A DNA stretch of 64,000 nt from an uncultured Lachnospiraceae bacterium (GTDB lineage: Bacteria > Bacillota > Clostridia > Lachnospirales > Lachnospiraceae), in NCBI GenBank assembly GCA_963522175.1, contig CAUQXC010000002.1, positions 253,134-317,133 of the forward strand, read 5' to 3'. The notes under the pieces are model-generated. The model was not told the origin of the DNA. It saw only the letters and a program-made list of their open reading frames with translations, and ran no database searches. A program made the translations under genes and the position numbers. Position 1 is the stretch's first letter. Each line of letters begins with the position of its first letter. Of the stretch, positions 26,456 through 36,942 are shown one piece after another.

Positions 26456-27220
26456 ATGATTTTGGCAATAGATATGGGAAATTCAAATACGGTAATAGGC
26501 GGTATTGACAAGGACAAAATATATTTTTTGGAAAGACTTACCACAAGGCAGGGTAAAACCGACTTGGAATACGCTGTAAATATAAAAAATATTTTGGAAA
26601 TTTACAATATAGATAAAAAAGAGATTTCCGGCGCAATACTCTCAAGCGTTGTTCCTCCTTTAAATCAAACCATTTTGAAAGCCGTTAAAAAAATTACCGG
26701 AAAAGATTGTCTTTTGGTAAACCCCGATATGAGAACAAATATAAATATTGTTATGGATAATCCCAAAGCGGTCGGTTCCGACCTTATTGTGGACAGCGTT
26801 GCGGCTATAAACGAATACAAACTCCCTCTTGCGATAATAGATATGGGAACCGCAACCACCATCTTTGTAGTGGATAAAGATAAAAATTTTATAGGCGGAA
26901 TAATACATCCGGGGCTTCGTGTTTCCCTCGAATCCTTGAGCAATCGAACCGCCCAGCTTCCTCATATAAATCTTGAAAAACCCGAAAGAATAATATCAAA
27001 AAATACTGTAGACAGCATGAGAAGCGGTATTCTTTACGGTCATGCAGGTATGATGGACGCCTGCATAGAAAGAATGGAAGACGAGCTGGGAGAAAAGCTC
27101 AATGTAGTTGCAACAGGAGGTCTTGCTCCTTTCGTCATTCCGTTTTGCAAGCATGAAATCACGGTTGATGAAAACCTTCTTTTAAAAGGGCTTCGTATAC
27201 TTTATGAACTGAATAAATAA
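26456..27220 (+). CDS. coaX: Type III pantothenate kinase
   Basis: MILAIDMGNSNT..., DMGTATT, ATGG (ASKHA fold). Start chosen at ATG 26456 (AGGA about 10 nt upstream). An in-frame ATG at 26438 is the alternative. Confidence 0.85.
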   Translation: MILAIDMGNSNTVIGGIDKDKIYFLERLTTRQGKTDLEYAVNIKNILEIYNIDKKEISGAILSSVVPPLNQTILKAVKKITGKDCLLVNPDMRTNINIVMDNPKAVGSDLIVDSVAAINEYKLPLAIIDMGTATTIFVVDKDKNFIGGIIHPGLRVSLESLSNRTAQLPHINLEKPERIISKNTVDSMRSGILYGHAGMMDACIERMEDELGEKLNVVATGGLAPFVIPFCKHEITVDENLLLKGLRILYELNK

Positions 27221-27251
27221 AGTCTGCAAAGCTCTGTCCGAGCTCCTTTAT

Positions 27252-27303
27252 AAAAAAGAAAAGCACATTATCAAAACTTTATAAAGCTTGATAATGTGCT
27301 TTT
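27252..27303. terminator. Bidirectional terminator between convergent coaX and ftsZ
   Basis: Perfect 16-bp stem AAAAGCACATTATCAA / TTGATAATGTGCTTTT with a 13-nt loop. The stem carries an A-run at its 5' end and a T-run at its 3' end. Confidence 0.7.
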
Positions 27304-27309
27304 AACACT

Positions 27310-28581
27310 TTACTCATTATTTCTTTGATTTCTCTGTAGGAAGTCAGGTATTGTTATACTGCTTGCCTTAGGTCTTTGTCTGTAAGTATCCTCCGGCTGT
27401 CTGTTGCTCTGATAGCTGTTACTCTGATAAGGATTACTCTGTACAGGCTGCTCGGATTGAGTATTGTAATATGACTCCTGTTCCGGTCTTACAGGCTGCT
27501 GCTGTATAGGCTGAGCGGGAATATTGGTTACTCTTGAAACATTGGTAGTATTAACGGTATTATTGTTAATAACCTGTTTCTTGGCACTTTCCTTCATAAG
27601 ACTTCTCACAGGTGTGTTAAGTCCGTGAGCATCCAAACCGGTAGCTATAACGGTAATGCTTACCTCGTCAGGATTTGTATCGTCGTTAATAACACCGAAG
27701 ATAACGTTTGCATCCTCTCCTGTAAGCTCCTGAATATAAGTCATGGCTTCATCAGCCTCTATAAGACTTATATCACCTGAAATATTAACTATTACATGAC
27801 TTGCACCCTTAATATTGGTTTCAAGAAGCGGAGATGAAACAGCCTGCTTAACCGCCTCGATAGCCTTATCATCACCCGTTGCTCTACCGATTCCGACATG
27901 AGCGACACCCTTGTCGAGCATAACTGTCTGAACATCCGCAAAGTCAAGATTAATAAGTCCCGGAACATTAATAAGATCCGTGATTCCCGAAACCGCCTGC
28001 TGTAAAACTTCATCAGCTTTTTTAATGGCATCTTCTATATTGGTTCTTCTGTCAACTATCTGTAAAAGCTTGTCATTAGGAATAACTATAAGCGTATCCA
28101 CAGCGGCAGTAAGCTTTTCTATTCCCAAAAGTGCATTTGCCATACGTTGCTTACCTTCAAACTTGAAAGGTTTTGTTACTATACCTATGGTAAGTATGCC
28201 CATATCCTTTGCCGCCTTTGCAATTACGGGAGCCGCACCCGTACCGGTTCCGCCGCCCATACCGCAGGTTACAAAAACCATATCCGCACCGGCTATGGCA
28301 GTCTTTATTTCTTCCAAAGATTCTTCAGCAGCCTTTTCGCCAACTTCGGGCTTTGCTCCCGCTCCGAGTCCCTTTGTTAATTTTTCTCCTATTTGCACGG
28401 TAGTCGGAGCTGTACAATAACCTAAAGCCTGCTTATCCGTATTTACAGCTATAAACTCCACTCCCGTTATATTTTCTTTGATCATTCGTGATACGGCATT
28501 TCCGCCTGCACCGCCGACTCCTATAATTATAATTTTTGCTTCACTCTCTACTCCGTTTAACTTTATCTCAAACAAGCTCAT
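27310..28581 (-). CDS. ftsZ: Cell division protein FtsZ
   Basis: [10 protein letters not shown] and [11 protein letters not shown] tubulin signatures. Q/N/Y-rich C-terminal linker, then the conserved C-terminal peptide ITIPDFLQR. Confidence 0.95.
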   Translation of the reverse strand: MSLFEIKLNGVESEAKIIIIGVGGAGGNAVSRMIKENITGVEFIAVNTDKQALGYCTAPTTVQIGEKLTKGLGAGAKPEVGEKAAEESLEEIKTAIAGADMVFVTCGMGGGTGTGAAPVIAKAAKDMGILTIGIVTKPFKFEGKQRMANALLGIEKLTAAVDTLIVIPNDKLLQIVDRRTNIEDAIKKADEVLQQAVSGITDLINVPGLINLDFADVQTVMLDKGVAHVGIGRATGDDKAIEAVKQAVSSPLLETNIKGASHVIVNISGDISLIEADEAMTYIQELTGEDANVIFGVINDDTNPDEVSITVIATGLDAHGLNTPVRSLMKESAKKQVINNNTVNTTNVSRVTNIPAQPIQQQPVRPEQESYYNTQSEQPVQSNPYQSNSYQSNRQPEDTYRQRPKASSITIPDFLQRNQRNNE

Positions 28582-28676
28582 ATCCTCCTAATAAACTTTT
28601 ACTGGCCGCGCAATCATCCAATGTAAATACTAAGCACTATGATAAACGCTTTTTATTCAAAATTCAACAACATTTT

Positions 28677-29411
28677 TTATTTTTTCTTGAAAGTATACAT
28701 CCCCTTTGAATTATTATCATTATATGTATCAAGATACAGGTCTCCTTTAAGTCCTTTAAGCTTAGGAAGTATGTCCATAAGAGCCGAAATCTGTGAATTC
28801 AGGTCATAAATTTCACCCAGCTCAACCCTTATTTCACCTATCATAAGATTTACGGTTTTATCGGAGTTGTATTCAATATATTCCGTTTTAATTCCCTTTA
28901 CACTGAGTACCTGTGTAATATTAAGTATATCATTAAAAATTTCGGTATTTTCTACGGGAAGCTTTTTGTACAAAACAACATCTCCCGTTTTCAAATTTTT
29001 GACAACAGGTATATTATCAAGCTTTTTTGCCGAACTTTCAACCACTATTCCGTCCTTGTCAAAATACAGGTATGAACTCATATATTCGACACCCGCCACC
29101 ATGCTTTTTTCATATATTATCAATTCTACGGAAAAAGGACTCTCGAAATTTATACTGTAATCCTGAACAAAGGGTATACTTTTTTTTCTGTTTAGAGCCT
29201 TATCCACTAAAGCCAAAAGAGAATTTCTTGATACATTGGTAGGAAAAACGAGATTTTCTATCTCACTATCAGTATACCACGAATTCCCCTTAACTTTTAT
29301 GTCTTTTATCCTAACAATAGCCAAAGTAAATATTAAGCTTAGAATCAAAATAAAGATAAATATAAATATTTTAAAACCCAAGCCAAGCTTAAATATTTTA
29401 TTTTCCTCCAT
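28677..29411 (-). CDS. Cell division protein FtsQ/DivIB-like
   Basis: 244 aa with a single N-terminal TM helix followed by a POTRA-like region (IKDIKVKGNSWYTDSEI). It sits between ftsW and ftsZ. Confidence 0.7.
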   Translation of the reverse strand: MEENKIFKLGLGFKIFIFIFILILSLIFTLAIVRIKDIKVKGNSWYTDSEIENLVFPTNVSRNSLLALVDKALNRKKSIPFVQDYSINFESPFSVELIIYEKSMVAGVEYMSSYLYFDKDGIVVESSAKKLDNIPVVKNLKTGDVVLYKKLPVENTEIFNDILNITQVLSVKGIKTEYIEYNSDKTVNLMIGEIRVELGEIYDLNSQISALMDILPKLKGLKGDLYLDTYNDNNSKGMYTFKKK

Positions 29412-30545
29412 TTAGTACTCCTGTCTTATTCCCTTCGCCACCGAAAATACCATGCCCATTTCAGCCATCAAAAATATCAGCGAGGTTCCTCCGTAACTTA
29501 TAAAAGGAAGTCCTATTCCGGTATTCGGAATAGCATTTGTAACAACGGCAATATTTAAAACAAGCTGAGTGGCTATATGTATAATAACCCCCACGACTAT
29601 GAGAGATCCCTCCAAATCCTTTGCCGAGCTTGCTATATCGACGAGTCTGAACAAAATAAAAGCAAACACAAGTATCAAAAGCACAGCTCCCACAAAACCC
29701 AGCTCTTCACAGATTATAGCAAAAATCATGTCATTATGTGCTTCGGGCAAGCGGAACTTTTGAAGACTCTGTCCCAGTCCTTTGCCTCCTATACCTCCGG
29801 ATCCCACCGCATACAAGCCTTGTAAAACCTGAAAGCCTCCATCCATAGGATATTTTTCCGGTTCAAGCCATACAAGAATTCTCATTTTTCTGTACTGCGG
29901 AAAAATTTTGTCCGGTATATAGTTTATATAATGTGCAAAGTAATAACCCACAACTCCCAAAGCTGCCGCAAATCCGTATAAAAGCTTATGCTTTGTAACA
30001 ACAAAAACCATGAGAAAGCCTATCATAAAAATGATAATACCTGAACTGAGGTTATTTATCGCAACAAGTGCCGAAGGAAGGGCTATAACTGAAAATAATC
30101 CCAGCTTTTCCATGTTTTTGTTTGCAAGAATTTTCTTATTCCGAGTAAATAAGTAGGCAAGAATAAGTATCAGACCTATCTTTACAATCTCAGCCGGCTG
30201 AAAAGTAAGTCCTCCCACCGCCAACCAGCGTTTTTTTCCGTTAAACTCTCTACCTATAAAGAATACAAGAACGGAAAGAATAAGCGCACCGGAGTAAATA
30301 ACAGGTGAGAACTTAACATACCAGTGATAATCTATAAAAGCCACTATCGCCATGGCTATAAGTCCCAAAGCCGCAAACAATAACTGTCTCGTAATAAAAT
30401 ACATAGGCTGATGAAATTTTATATTCGCCATATAAGAGCTGGCGGAATATATCATTACAGCACCGAAAATTATTATAAAAAGTATGGCAAAAAGCAAACT
30501 GTAATCAAAATATATTCTTTTTTTTATTCTTTCTTTTTCTGCCAT
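29412..30545 (-). CDS. ftsW: SEDS-family peptidoglycan glycosyltransferase (FtsW/RodA/SpoVE)
   Basis: 377 aa with about 10 TM helices. Contains the conserved block LPEAHNDMIFAIICEELGFVG. dcw-cluster context. Confidence 0.85.
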   Translation of the reverse strand: MAEKERIKKRIYFDYSLLFAILFIIIFGAVMIYSASSYMANIKFHQPMYFITRQLLFAALGLIAMAIVAFIDYHWYVKFSPVIYSGALILSVLVFFIGREFNGKKRWLAVGGLTFQPAEIVKIGLILILAYLFTRNKKILANKNMEKLGLFSVIALPSALVAINNLSSGIIIFMIGFLMVFVVTKHKLLYGFAAALGVVGYYFAHYINYIPDKIFPQYRKMRILVWLEPEKYPMDGGFQVLQGLYAVGSGGIGGKGLGQSLQKFRLPEAHNDMIFAIICEELGFVGAVLLILVFAFILFRLVDIASSAKDLEGSLIVVGVIIHIATQLVLNIAVVTNAIPNTGIGLPFISYGGTSLIFLMAEMGMVFSVAKGIRQEY

Positions 30546-30553
30546 TTTCCCTC

Positions 30554-31912
30554 CTATAATTTGTTCACAAGGTCTTTAAATACTCTTCCTCTTTCTTCAT
30601 AGTCTTTAAACATACCCCATGAAGCGCAGGCAGGTGAAAGCAGTACGCAGTCTCCTCTGTCGGCATAGCTTGCACATACCATTACAGCCTCGTCCATATC
30701 ACTGGCATACATAATTTCCGTAAAGCCGTGAGACTTTGCACAATCGGCTATGGCATCTCTTGTCTGTCCTATTAAAACAAGATACTTAACTCTGCCTTCA
30801 AAACTCTCCACCCACTCGTCATAACTTGAGCCCTTGTCATAGCCTCCGGCTATCAGAAGAATAGGCCCCGGCATGGCTTTAACAGCCTGTATAGCGGCAT
30901 CCGGGTTTGTCCCCTTTGAGTCGTTATAGTACGCCACCCCGCTTTTATTTGCCACAAATTCTATTCTGTGCTCCACCGCCTTAAATTCTTTGCAAGCTTC
31001 AACTATGGTCTGCATAGGAACATTAAGACACTTTGCCATGGCTATAGCCGCCATAACATTTTCATAATTATGTCTTCCGAGTATTTGTAAATCCTTAACG
31101 TTAAGAAGTAAATCCTCCCTACCGTCTTTACTTATATAAATATTATCATCTTCAAGATACAAGCCGTCTTTAAGTCTTGTCTTACTTGAAAAATAAATTT
31201 TTTTCGCCTTACATCTGTCACTTTCGCCGAATTCTCTTAAAACCGCATCCTCGTAGTTAAGAATCATATAGTCTTTTTCGGTCTGATTTAAACCTATATC
31301 TTCTTTTATACTTATGTAATTTTCCATAGTATGATGCCTGTTAAGATGATCCGGTGTAATATTAAGTATAGCCGCAACGTCGGGCCTGAAGTCTATGATT
31401 GTTTCAAGCTGGAAGCTCGAAACCTCAAGAACCGTAACCGAATCCTCGGTAGTTTCGTTAACAATGTCCGTATACGGAAGTCCGATATTGCCTACAACAA
31501 AGCTGCTTGCAAAATGTCTTTTTATAATTTCACCCACCAAAGCCGTAGTTGTCGTCTTTCCGTTAGTTCCCGTTATCGCAATGAGCTTTCCTTTTGCCAT
31601 ATGATAAGCAAGCTGTATTTCCGACCAAATTTGTATTTTATATTCATCAAGCAAAGCAACAAAAGGAGTATCCAAAGATATTCCCGGGCTTATAACACAT
31701 AAACTTACACCGCTTATATCCGCTTTAGTAAGCTCACCGAGTTTTATGCCTATCTTACTTCTCTCCTCTTCGTCAAAATACAAAGAAATCTCTTCTATAT
31801 CCAAATTTTCATTTCCGTCATACAGAAGAACTTCCCCTCCCGCCGATAATAAAAGCTTAGCCGCACTGATACCGCTTTTGCCAAGTCCGGCAACCAGGAC
31901 CTTGTTACCCAT
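30554..31912 (-). CDS. murD: UDP-N-acetylmuramoylalanine--D-glutamate ligase
   Basis: VAGLGKSG N-terminal Rossmann motif and ITGTNGKTTT P-loop. 452 aa, dcw context. Confidence 0.9.
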   Translation of the reverse strand: MGNKVLVAGLGKSGISAAKLLLSAGGEVLLYDGNENLDIEEISLYFDEEERSKIGIKLGELTKADISGVSLCVISPGISLDTPFVALLDEYKIQIWSEIQLAYHMAKGKLIAITGTNGKTTTTALVGEIIKRHFASSFVVGNIGLPYTDIVNETTEDSVTVLEVSSFQLETIIDFRPDVAAILNITPDHLNRHHTMENYISIKEDIGLNQTEKDYMILNYEDAVLREFGESDRCKAKKIYFSSKTRLKDGLYLEDDNIYISKDGREDLLLNVKDLQILGRHNYENVMAAIAMAKCLNVPMQTIVEACKEFKAVEHRIEFVANKSGVAYYNDSKGTNPDAAIQAVKAMPGPILLIAGGYDKGSSYDEWVESFEGRVKYLVLIGQTRDAIADCAKSHGFTEIMYASDMDEAVMVCASYADRGDCVLLSPACASWGMFKDYEERGRVFKDLVNKL

Positions 31913-31926
31913 AATCTACCTCCAAA

Positions 31927-32901
31927 CTATATACCGCTGCCTAATAGGGCTATTAAGCATAATATTATAGTTACTATTGTGAAAATTGTAAATACTTTTG
32001 TTTCAGACCATCCGCTAAGTTCAAAGTGATGGTGTATAGGTGCCATTTTAAATATTCTCTTTCCACCGGTTTTTTTAAAGTATGCAACCTGGATAATAAC
32101 GCTCAGAACCTCGGCAACATAAATAAAGCCTACTATCACAAGGAAAAGTTCAAGTCCCGATACTATGGATACCGCAGCCACATAGGCTCCTAAGGCAAGT
32201 GAACCCGTATCTCCCATAAATACCTTTGCCGGATGACAGTTGAAAACCAGAAATCCGAGCAAAGAGCCGAACACGGCGGCGCTCACGGGAGCCATAGTCA
32301 AATTTTCTTTTACCGACATCACTACAAAAAATAAAGCTACAACAGCGGTAACGCCTGAACAAAGACCGTCAAGACCGTCCGTAAAATTCACTCCGTTATC
32401 GGCACCCAGAATTACAAAAATTCCGAATGGAATGAAAAAAACACCTAACTTTATCATTATACCATTTGTAAGTCCGCCTGTAAAAGGAATAAGTACAGCT
32501 TTTTCAAAATATCCTTTTGAATACAAATAATACATAAATATCAAGCTGCATACTACCTGCAAAATAAACTTTTGTAAAGCTTTTAAGCCCTCGGATTGTT
32601 TCTTTACCACCTTCAAGTAGTCATCCAAAAAGCCTATAACCGCAAATGCCGCGGTTATAAGCAATACCTCAAGGGTATGTTCGTATTTGGAAATATAGGG
32701 CAGGGAAGCTGTAAGCACCGCCGCCACTATCATTATTCCTCCCATAGTGGGAGTTCCGCTCTTTTTTAAGTGTGTTCCCGGACCGTCATTTCTTACCTGC
32801 TGCCCGAATTTCATTCTGTGCAGTATCGGTATAAAAAACGGACATATCGCCACACATACGAAGAAGCCTGCCAATGCGGCTATTATACTGTCTCTGATCA
32901 C
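31927..32901 (-). CDS. mraY: Phospho-N-acetylmuramoyl-pentapeptide transferase
   Basis: Motifs GTPTMGG, DDYLKV, NGVNFTDGLDGL and HHHFE. 324 aa. Confidence 0.95.
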   Translation of the reverse strand: MIRDSIIAALAGFFVCVAICPFFIPILHRMKFGQQVRNDGPGTHLKKSGTPTMGGIMIVAAVLTASLPYISKYEHTLEVLLITAAFAVIGFLDDYLKVVKKQSEGLKALQKFILQVVCSLIFMYYLYSKGYFEKAVLIPFTGGLTNGIMIKLGVFFIPFGIFVILGADNGVNFTDGLDGLCSGVTAVVALFFVVMSVKENLTMAPVSAAVFGSLLGFLVFNCHPAKVFMGDTGSLALGAYVAAVSIVSGLELFLVIVGFIYVAEVLSVIIQVAYFKKTGGKRIFKMAPIHHHFELSGWSETKVFTIFTIVTIILCLIALLGSGI

Positions 32902-32904
32902 CTT

Positions 32905-35115
32905 TTACTGTCCCCCCTGCTTTTTAGTCTTCTCGTTTTTCTTTGTTTCTTTATTAGCTTTCGTTTCCTTGCTCGCCTGTGTTTCTTTATTTGATTTCGT
33001 TTCCTTGCTCGCCTGTGTTTCTTTATTAGATTTTGTTTCCTTATTAGCCTTCGTTTCCTTACCGGCACTCTCTCCTTCAGCCGGAGCGCTTGTCTCCGAA
33101 TTTTCTCCCTCGTATCCGTTTTCACCGTCATTCGGTACAACTTCATCCGTAGGATAAACCTTGCTTTCAGTCTCAGCCGTGCTTTCCGCGGTGCTTTCCT
33201 CTATGCCTTGATTTATTCCCTCGACTACATCTTCTTCAAGGCTTACATCCGTTTCCGGGAATATATTCATATAAGGCAAAACCTCAGTCATAATTTTACT
33301 GAATATTGTACTTGCAAAGGTGGAATGCGCCTGATCCGCAACACCCGGCTGGTCTATAAGCACATAGCATAAAACCTGAGGATTGTCAGTAGGCGCGAAG
33401 CCTATAAAGGAAACAAGGTAATTTCCCTGTCCTCTCGGATATTTTTCCGCAGTTCCCGTTTTTCCGCCTATATTATACCCTTCGACCTTTGCAGCCGCAC
33501 CGGTTCCCTGTGCAACCGTTCTTCTGAGAGCTTCATTTATAAATTTACTCGTATTATCCGAAACCGTTTCCTTTACAAGCTCCGGTTCAATATTCTCAAC
33601 AACCTGACCGTTGGAGTTAAGTATCTGTTTTACTATGTGCGGCTTGTAGTAATAACCTCCGTTTATAACGCTTGACATAGCCGCTGCGGTCTGTATCATC
33701 GTTGTATTATAATTCTGACCGAAGGCGTTGGTTGCAAGGTCGGTAGCTCCCATTTTTTCTCTTGTATGAATGAGAGTGCTTGTATCCGCTTCACCCGGTA
33801 AATCAATGCCCGTCTTTTTTCCGAAGCCGAACAAATCCATATACTTACTGAATCTGTCTTTTCCAAGTCTTGCACTTATTTGCATCATGGTATCATTGCA
33901 GCTTACCATAAGCGCTTCGGCAACCGTCAACTGACCGTGACCCGTTCTTGCAACGCAACGTATAAATCTGTCTCCTATCTGCTGTCCGCCGTCGCAGGCA
34001 AAGCTGTCCTCGGTTTGTATCGCCCCTTCTTCAAGTGCCGATGCAACCGTAAATACCTTTGAAGGAGAACCCGGCTCATAAGTGTCACTTACCACATAAT
34101 TTCTCCAGACTGTATTCCATGCCGTATTTTTTGCCTCTTCGTCCATGGCGGCTATTTCTTCTTCCAAGTAGTAGTAGCTCAAGTTTTTAGGATCGTTCGG
34201 GTCATACTTTCTGCTTGTTGCCAGAGCAAGTATCTCACCGTTTTTTGGATTCATAATCAAAACCGCCGTTATTTTACTTCTGGCTTCTTTTTCCCATTCG
34301 TCTATGTACTTTTCCGCTATACTTTGTATCTTTAAATCTATAGTCGATACAACCGTATTTCCGTCAACAGCCGGCTTTATTATTCTTTCAAGACTGCTCT
34401 CTTCATTTATGTAACCGTATTCTCTTCCCGATGTTCCCACCAAAGTAGAGTTGTAGTATTGCTCTATACCGCCCGTACCGCCGCTCCCGTCACTGCTTCC
34501 GAAACCTATAACGGTGCTTGCCAAGGTATTATAAGGATATTCTCTTTGATAGCTTTCTTCAAACCAGACTCCGTGTATTCTTTTACTGCTTCTTTGGTTT
34601 AATGAATTTTTGTTATACTCTTTAAGCTTTTCATTGAATTCATTTCTTTTTTCAAGACTTATATTCTTCGCATATCTTACATAGGAGCTGTCGGCTTTTT
34701 CGTCAATGAGCTTTGTAATTTCTTCCTTATTATAGCCGAAAACCTCAACCAATAAGTCTACAGTAGGTTCCATGTAATCTTCTTTTTTTGCAAGCATCTG
34801 CGACGGATCCAGAATAACATTGTACACTTTTTTGCTTATTGCAATATATGTACCGTTTCTGTCCGTTATATCACCCCTTTTATAAGGTATTTCCCTTGAA
34901 TCATATCTTTGCTGAGAAAGTATTTTCTGATTATAGCTGTCAAAATTTTTATTCTGTATCAAGAATATTCTGGCAATCAGACCTAATAAAGCTAGCATTA
35001 TAACGATGACCGCAAATGCTAGCTTTCTTTGCATATATGGAAGGAAAATTTTAAGTCTTCTGTTTCTTTGCTTTTTATCTGCTTGGGATGTCTTCATACT
35101 GTCTAACGTACTCAC
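32905..35115 (-). CDS. Class B penicillin-binding protein (FtsI/SpoVD-like) with a repetitive C-terminal tail
   Basis: N-terminal TM helix. Transpeptidase motifs SPSK (SxxK), SCN (SxN) and KTGT. C-terminal (KETKxN)n tail. Start is ambiguous: GTG at 35115 or ATG at 35097. Both overlap the end of ftsL. Confidence 0.85.
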   Translation of the reverse strand: MSTLDSMKTSQADKKQRNRRLKIFLPYMQRKLAFAVIVIMLALLGLIARIFLIQNKNFDSYNQKILSQQRYDSREIPYKRGDITDRNGTYIAISKKVYNVILDPSQMLAKKEDYMEPTVDLLVEVFGYNKEEITKLIDEKADSSYVRYAKNISLEKRNEFNEKLKEYNKNSLNQRSSKRIHGVWFEESYQREYPYNTLASTVIGFGSSDGSGGTGGIEQYYNSTLVGTSGREYGYINEESSLERIIKPAVDGNTVVSTIDLKIQSIAEKYIDEWEKEARSKITAVLIMNPKNGEILALATSRKYDPNDPKNLSYYYLEEEIAAMDEEAKNTAWNTVWRNYVVSDTYEPGSPSKVFTVASALEEGAIQTEDSFACDGGQQIGDRFIRCVARTGHGQLTVAEALMVSCNDTMMQISARLGKDRFSKYMDLFGFGKKTGIDLPGEADTSTLIHTREKMGATDLATNAFGQNYNTTMIQTAAAMSSVINGGYYYKPHIVKQILNSNGQVVENIEPELVKETVSDNTSKFINEALRRTVAQGTGAAAKVEGYNIGGKTGTAEKYPRGQGNYLVSFIGFAPTDNPQVLCYVLIDQPGVADQAHSTFASTIFSKIMTEVLPYMNIFPETDVSLEEDVVEGINQGIEESTAESTAETESKVYPTDEVVPNDGENGYEGENSETSAPAEGESAGKETKANKETKSNKETQASKETKSNKETQASKETKANKETKKNEKTKKQGGQ
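32935..33060 (-). repeat. Seven tandem 18-bp coding repeats (KETKAN/KETKSN/KETQAS units) with a 36-bp higher-order duplication
   Basis: The protein tail reads KETKAN KETKSN KETQAS KETKSN KETQAS KETKAN KETKKN. The DNA unit tcgtttccttgctcgcctgtgtttctttat occurs twice, 36 nt apart. Confidence 0.85.
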
Positions 35116-35548
35116 TTTCAGTCTTATCGTATTTTATAATTCGACTCTTATTTGCATAAACCATACCCAGCCTTCCGGTTGCGGTTTTGTATATTTCATC
35201 CAAGTCTATCCCCGCATTGATGCCGGCTTCCTTGGCATCATTCTCATTTGTAAGCTTTTCCAACTTTTGCTCCATCTCTTCTATTCTTTTTATACTCTTT
35301 TCCATAGAAGACTCAACATTCAAATAGTATATGCAGAAGAATGAAGCCACAGCCGTAGCAATAAACATAGTCAAGAAGGAGGTTACCCCCATTGCCTTTG
35401 AATTTGCCTGTGCTTTTCTTATATTCTTATTTTTGATTTTTTCTATACTTTCTTTTCTTAACGGACTTTCATATACCTTCTTCACGGTATTTCCGTCAAC
35501 ATAAGCATTTATATATCTTTTTTTCCTGTTTTCTCTGTTCTTATTCAT
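35075..35548 (-). CDS. ftsL: FtsL-like cell division protein
   Basis: 157 aa. Basic N-terminus, one TM helix (VTSFLTMFIATAVASFFCIYYL), then a coiled-coil-like segment (IKRIEEMEQKLEKLTNEN). It sits between rsmH and the PBP gene. Confidence 0.7.
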   Translation of the reverse strand: MNKNRENRKKRYINAYVDGNTVKKVYESPLRKESIEKIKNKNIRKAQANSKAMGVTSFLTMFIATAVASFFCIYYLNVESSMEKSIKRIEEMEQKLEKLTNENDAKEAGINAGIDLDEIYKTATGRLGMVYANKSRIIKYDKTESEYVRQYEDIPSR

Positions 35549-35567
35549 ACCGTCACTCTTTCTTAAA

Positions 35568-36509
35568 CTATTCTAAACGTTTCTCAAACACTCTAAGTTT
35601 CGCGCTCTTTGCCCTGGAATTTTGCTCGAGCTCTTTTATGCTCGGGACTATAGCCTTTCTTGTAATCACTTTTCCTTTACTTTTCTTATTGCAGACACAA
35701 ATAGGAAAATTCTTCGGGCAGGTGCAGGGACTTTCATTTCTCCTGAATATATTCTTTACTATCCTGTCCTCCAAAGAATGAAAAGTTATTATCGCCAACC
35801 TTCCCCCATCACTCAGCAAATCTATCATAAGGTCTATGGATTCCTCCAAAACCTTAAGCTCAGAGTTTAACTCTATCCTCAATGCCTGAAAGGTTCGCTT
35901 TGCCGGGTGTCCGCCTGTAAGCTGTATCTTCATAGGAATCGCCCCCTTTATAATATCGCTTAACTGTCCGGTTGTTTCTATACTTTTATTTGCTCTGTAG
36001 GCAACAATGTGCTTTGCAATGTTTTTAGCGAATCTGTCCTCTCCGTAATCACGTATTATTCTGAACAGCTCACTTTCGGAATAATTGTTTACTATATCTT
36101 TTGCCGTCTCGGTCTTTCTGTCGTCCATGCGCATATCAAGCACCGTGTCCACCCTGTAGGAAAAGCCCCTTTCAGCGGTATCTAGCTGATATGACGAAAC
36201 CCCGAGATCCAGATATATTCCATCAACCTTTTCTATATTAAGTTGTCTTAAAACCTCGCCTATATTGCGGTAATTATCTCTTACTATACTGTATTTGTCC
36301 TCGCCATAAACCGCCAGCCTCCCGCTTGCCGCCTGTATGGCATCCTTATCCTGGTCTATACCTATGAGCCTGCCTTCGGTCAAACGCTTACATACCTCGA
36401 ATGCATGTCCGCCGCCGCCGAGAGTACCGTCCACATAAATGCCGTCCGCCTTTATGTTAAGAGATTCTATCAGTTCACCGAGCAATACGGATTTATGTTC
36501 AAATATCAT
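35568..36509 (-). CDS. rsmH: 16S rRNA (cytosine1402-N4)-methyltransferase
   Basis: [15 protein letters not shown] and [10 protein letters not shown] motifs. 313 aa, directly after mraZ. Confidence 0.95.
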   Translation of the reverse strand: MIFEHKSVLLGELIESLNIKADGIYVDGTLGGGGHAFEVCKRLTEGRLIGIDQDKDAIQAASGRLAVYGEDKYSIVRDNYRNIGEVLRQLNIEKVDGIYLDLGVSSYQLDTAERGFSYRVDTVLDMRMDDRKTETAKDIVNNYSESELFRIIRDYGEDRFAKNIAKHIVAYRANKSIETTGQLSDIIKGAIPMKIQLTGGHPAKRTFQALRIELNSELKVLEESIDLMIDLLSDGGRLAIITFHSLEDRIVKNIFRRNESPCTCPKNFPICVCNKKSKGKVITRKAIVPSIKELEQNSRAKSAKLRVFEKRLE

Positions 36510-36934
36510 AATGTTATCCCTGAATTATATAATTTTTCCGCCGCAGTATCCGCATCTATATCGGAAACGCTTTCCCATGTTTCCTTAGACCAAATTTCGA
36601 CATGGTCTATGTTTCCGATAACAACCACATCCTTATCTATGCCTGCATAGCCTCTTAAAGGTGCGGGTATAAGTATTCTCCCCTGTTTATCTGTTTCAAG
36701 AACACTTGCACTTCCGACTATCATTCTTCTAAGGATACGTGCATCGGCACTTGTCATAGGCATTGTGGCAAGTTTTTCCTGTAAGCCTTCCCAGTTTTTT
36801 AAGTCATAAACGGAAAGACAATTATCAAAGCCCTTGGTGATTACAAATTCGTCGCCTAATTGTTCACGGAATTTAGAAGGTACAATAACTCTGCCCTTCG
36901 TATCCACCGTATGATTAAACTCCCCCATAAACAT
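36506..36934 (-). CDS. mraZ: Transcriptional regulator MraZ
   Basis: Starts [19 protein letters not shown], with a second repeat DKQGRILIP (two MraZ/AbrB-like halves). Start trimmed to ATG 36934. The longer ORF-track start is encoded by the operator repeats. Confidence 0.9.
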   Translation of the reverse strand: MFMGEFNHTVDTKGRVIVPSKFREQLGDEFVITKGFDNCLSVYDLKNWEGLQEKLATMPMTSADARILRRMIVGSASVLETDKQGRILIPAPLRGYAGIDKDVVVIGNIDHVEIWSKETWESVSDIDADTAAEKLYNSGITL

Positions 36935-36942
36935 CATAATCA

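Noticed and set aside
25957-26508. Many plus-strand ORFs of 60-206 aa (for example 25957-26508, 8359-8979, 42925-43437, 44826-45344 and 55889-56356) lie antisense to long minus-strand genes.
   Set aside because: They sit fully inside well-supported minus-strand genes that carry clear family motifs. Their products are low-complexity S/L/F/I-rich sequences typical of shadow frames in AT-rich DNA, and they lack SD sequences. I treat them as artefacts.
32898-33146. Minus-strand ORF of 82 aa that is extremely K/R-rich (…RKRRLIRKQNLIKKHRRARKRNQIKKHRRARKRKLIKKQRKTRRLKSRGDSKR).
   Set aside because: It is an alternative frame of the 18-bp tandem repeats that encode the PBP C-terminal tail. The repetitiveness is inherited from those repeats, and the PBP frame is the one continuous with the catalytic domain.
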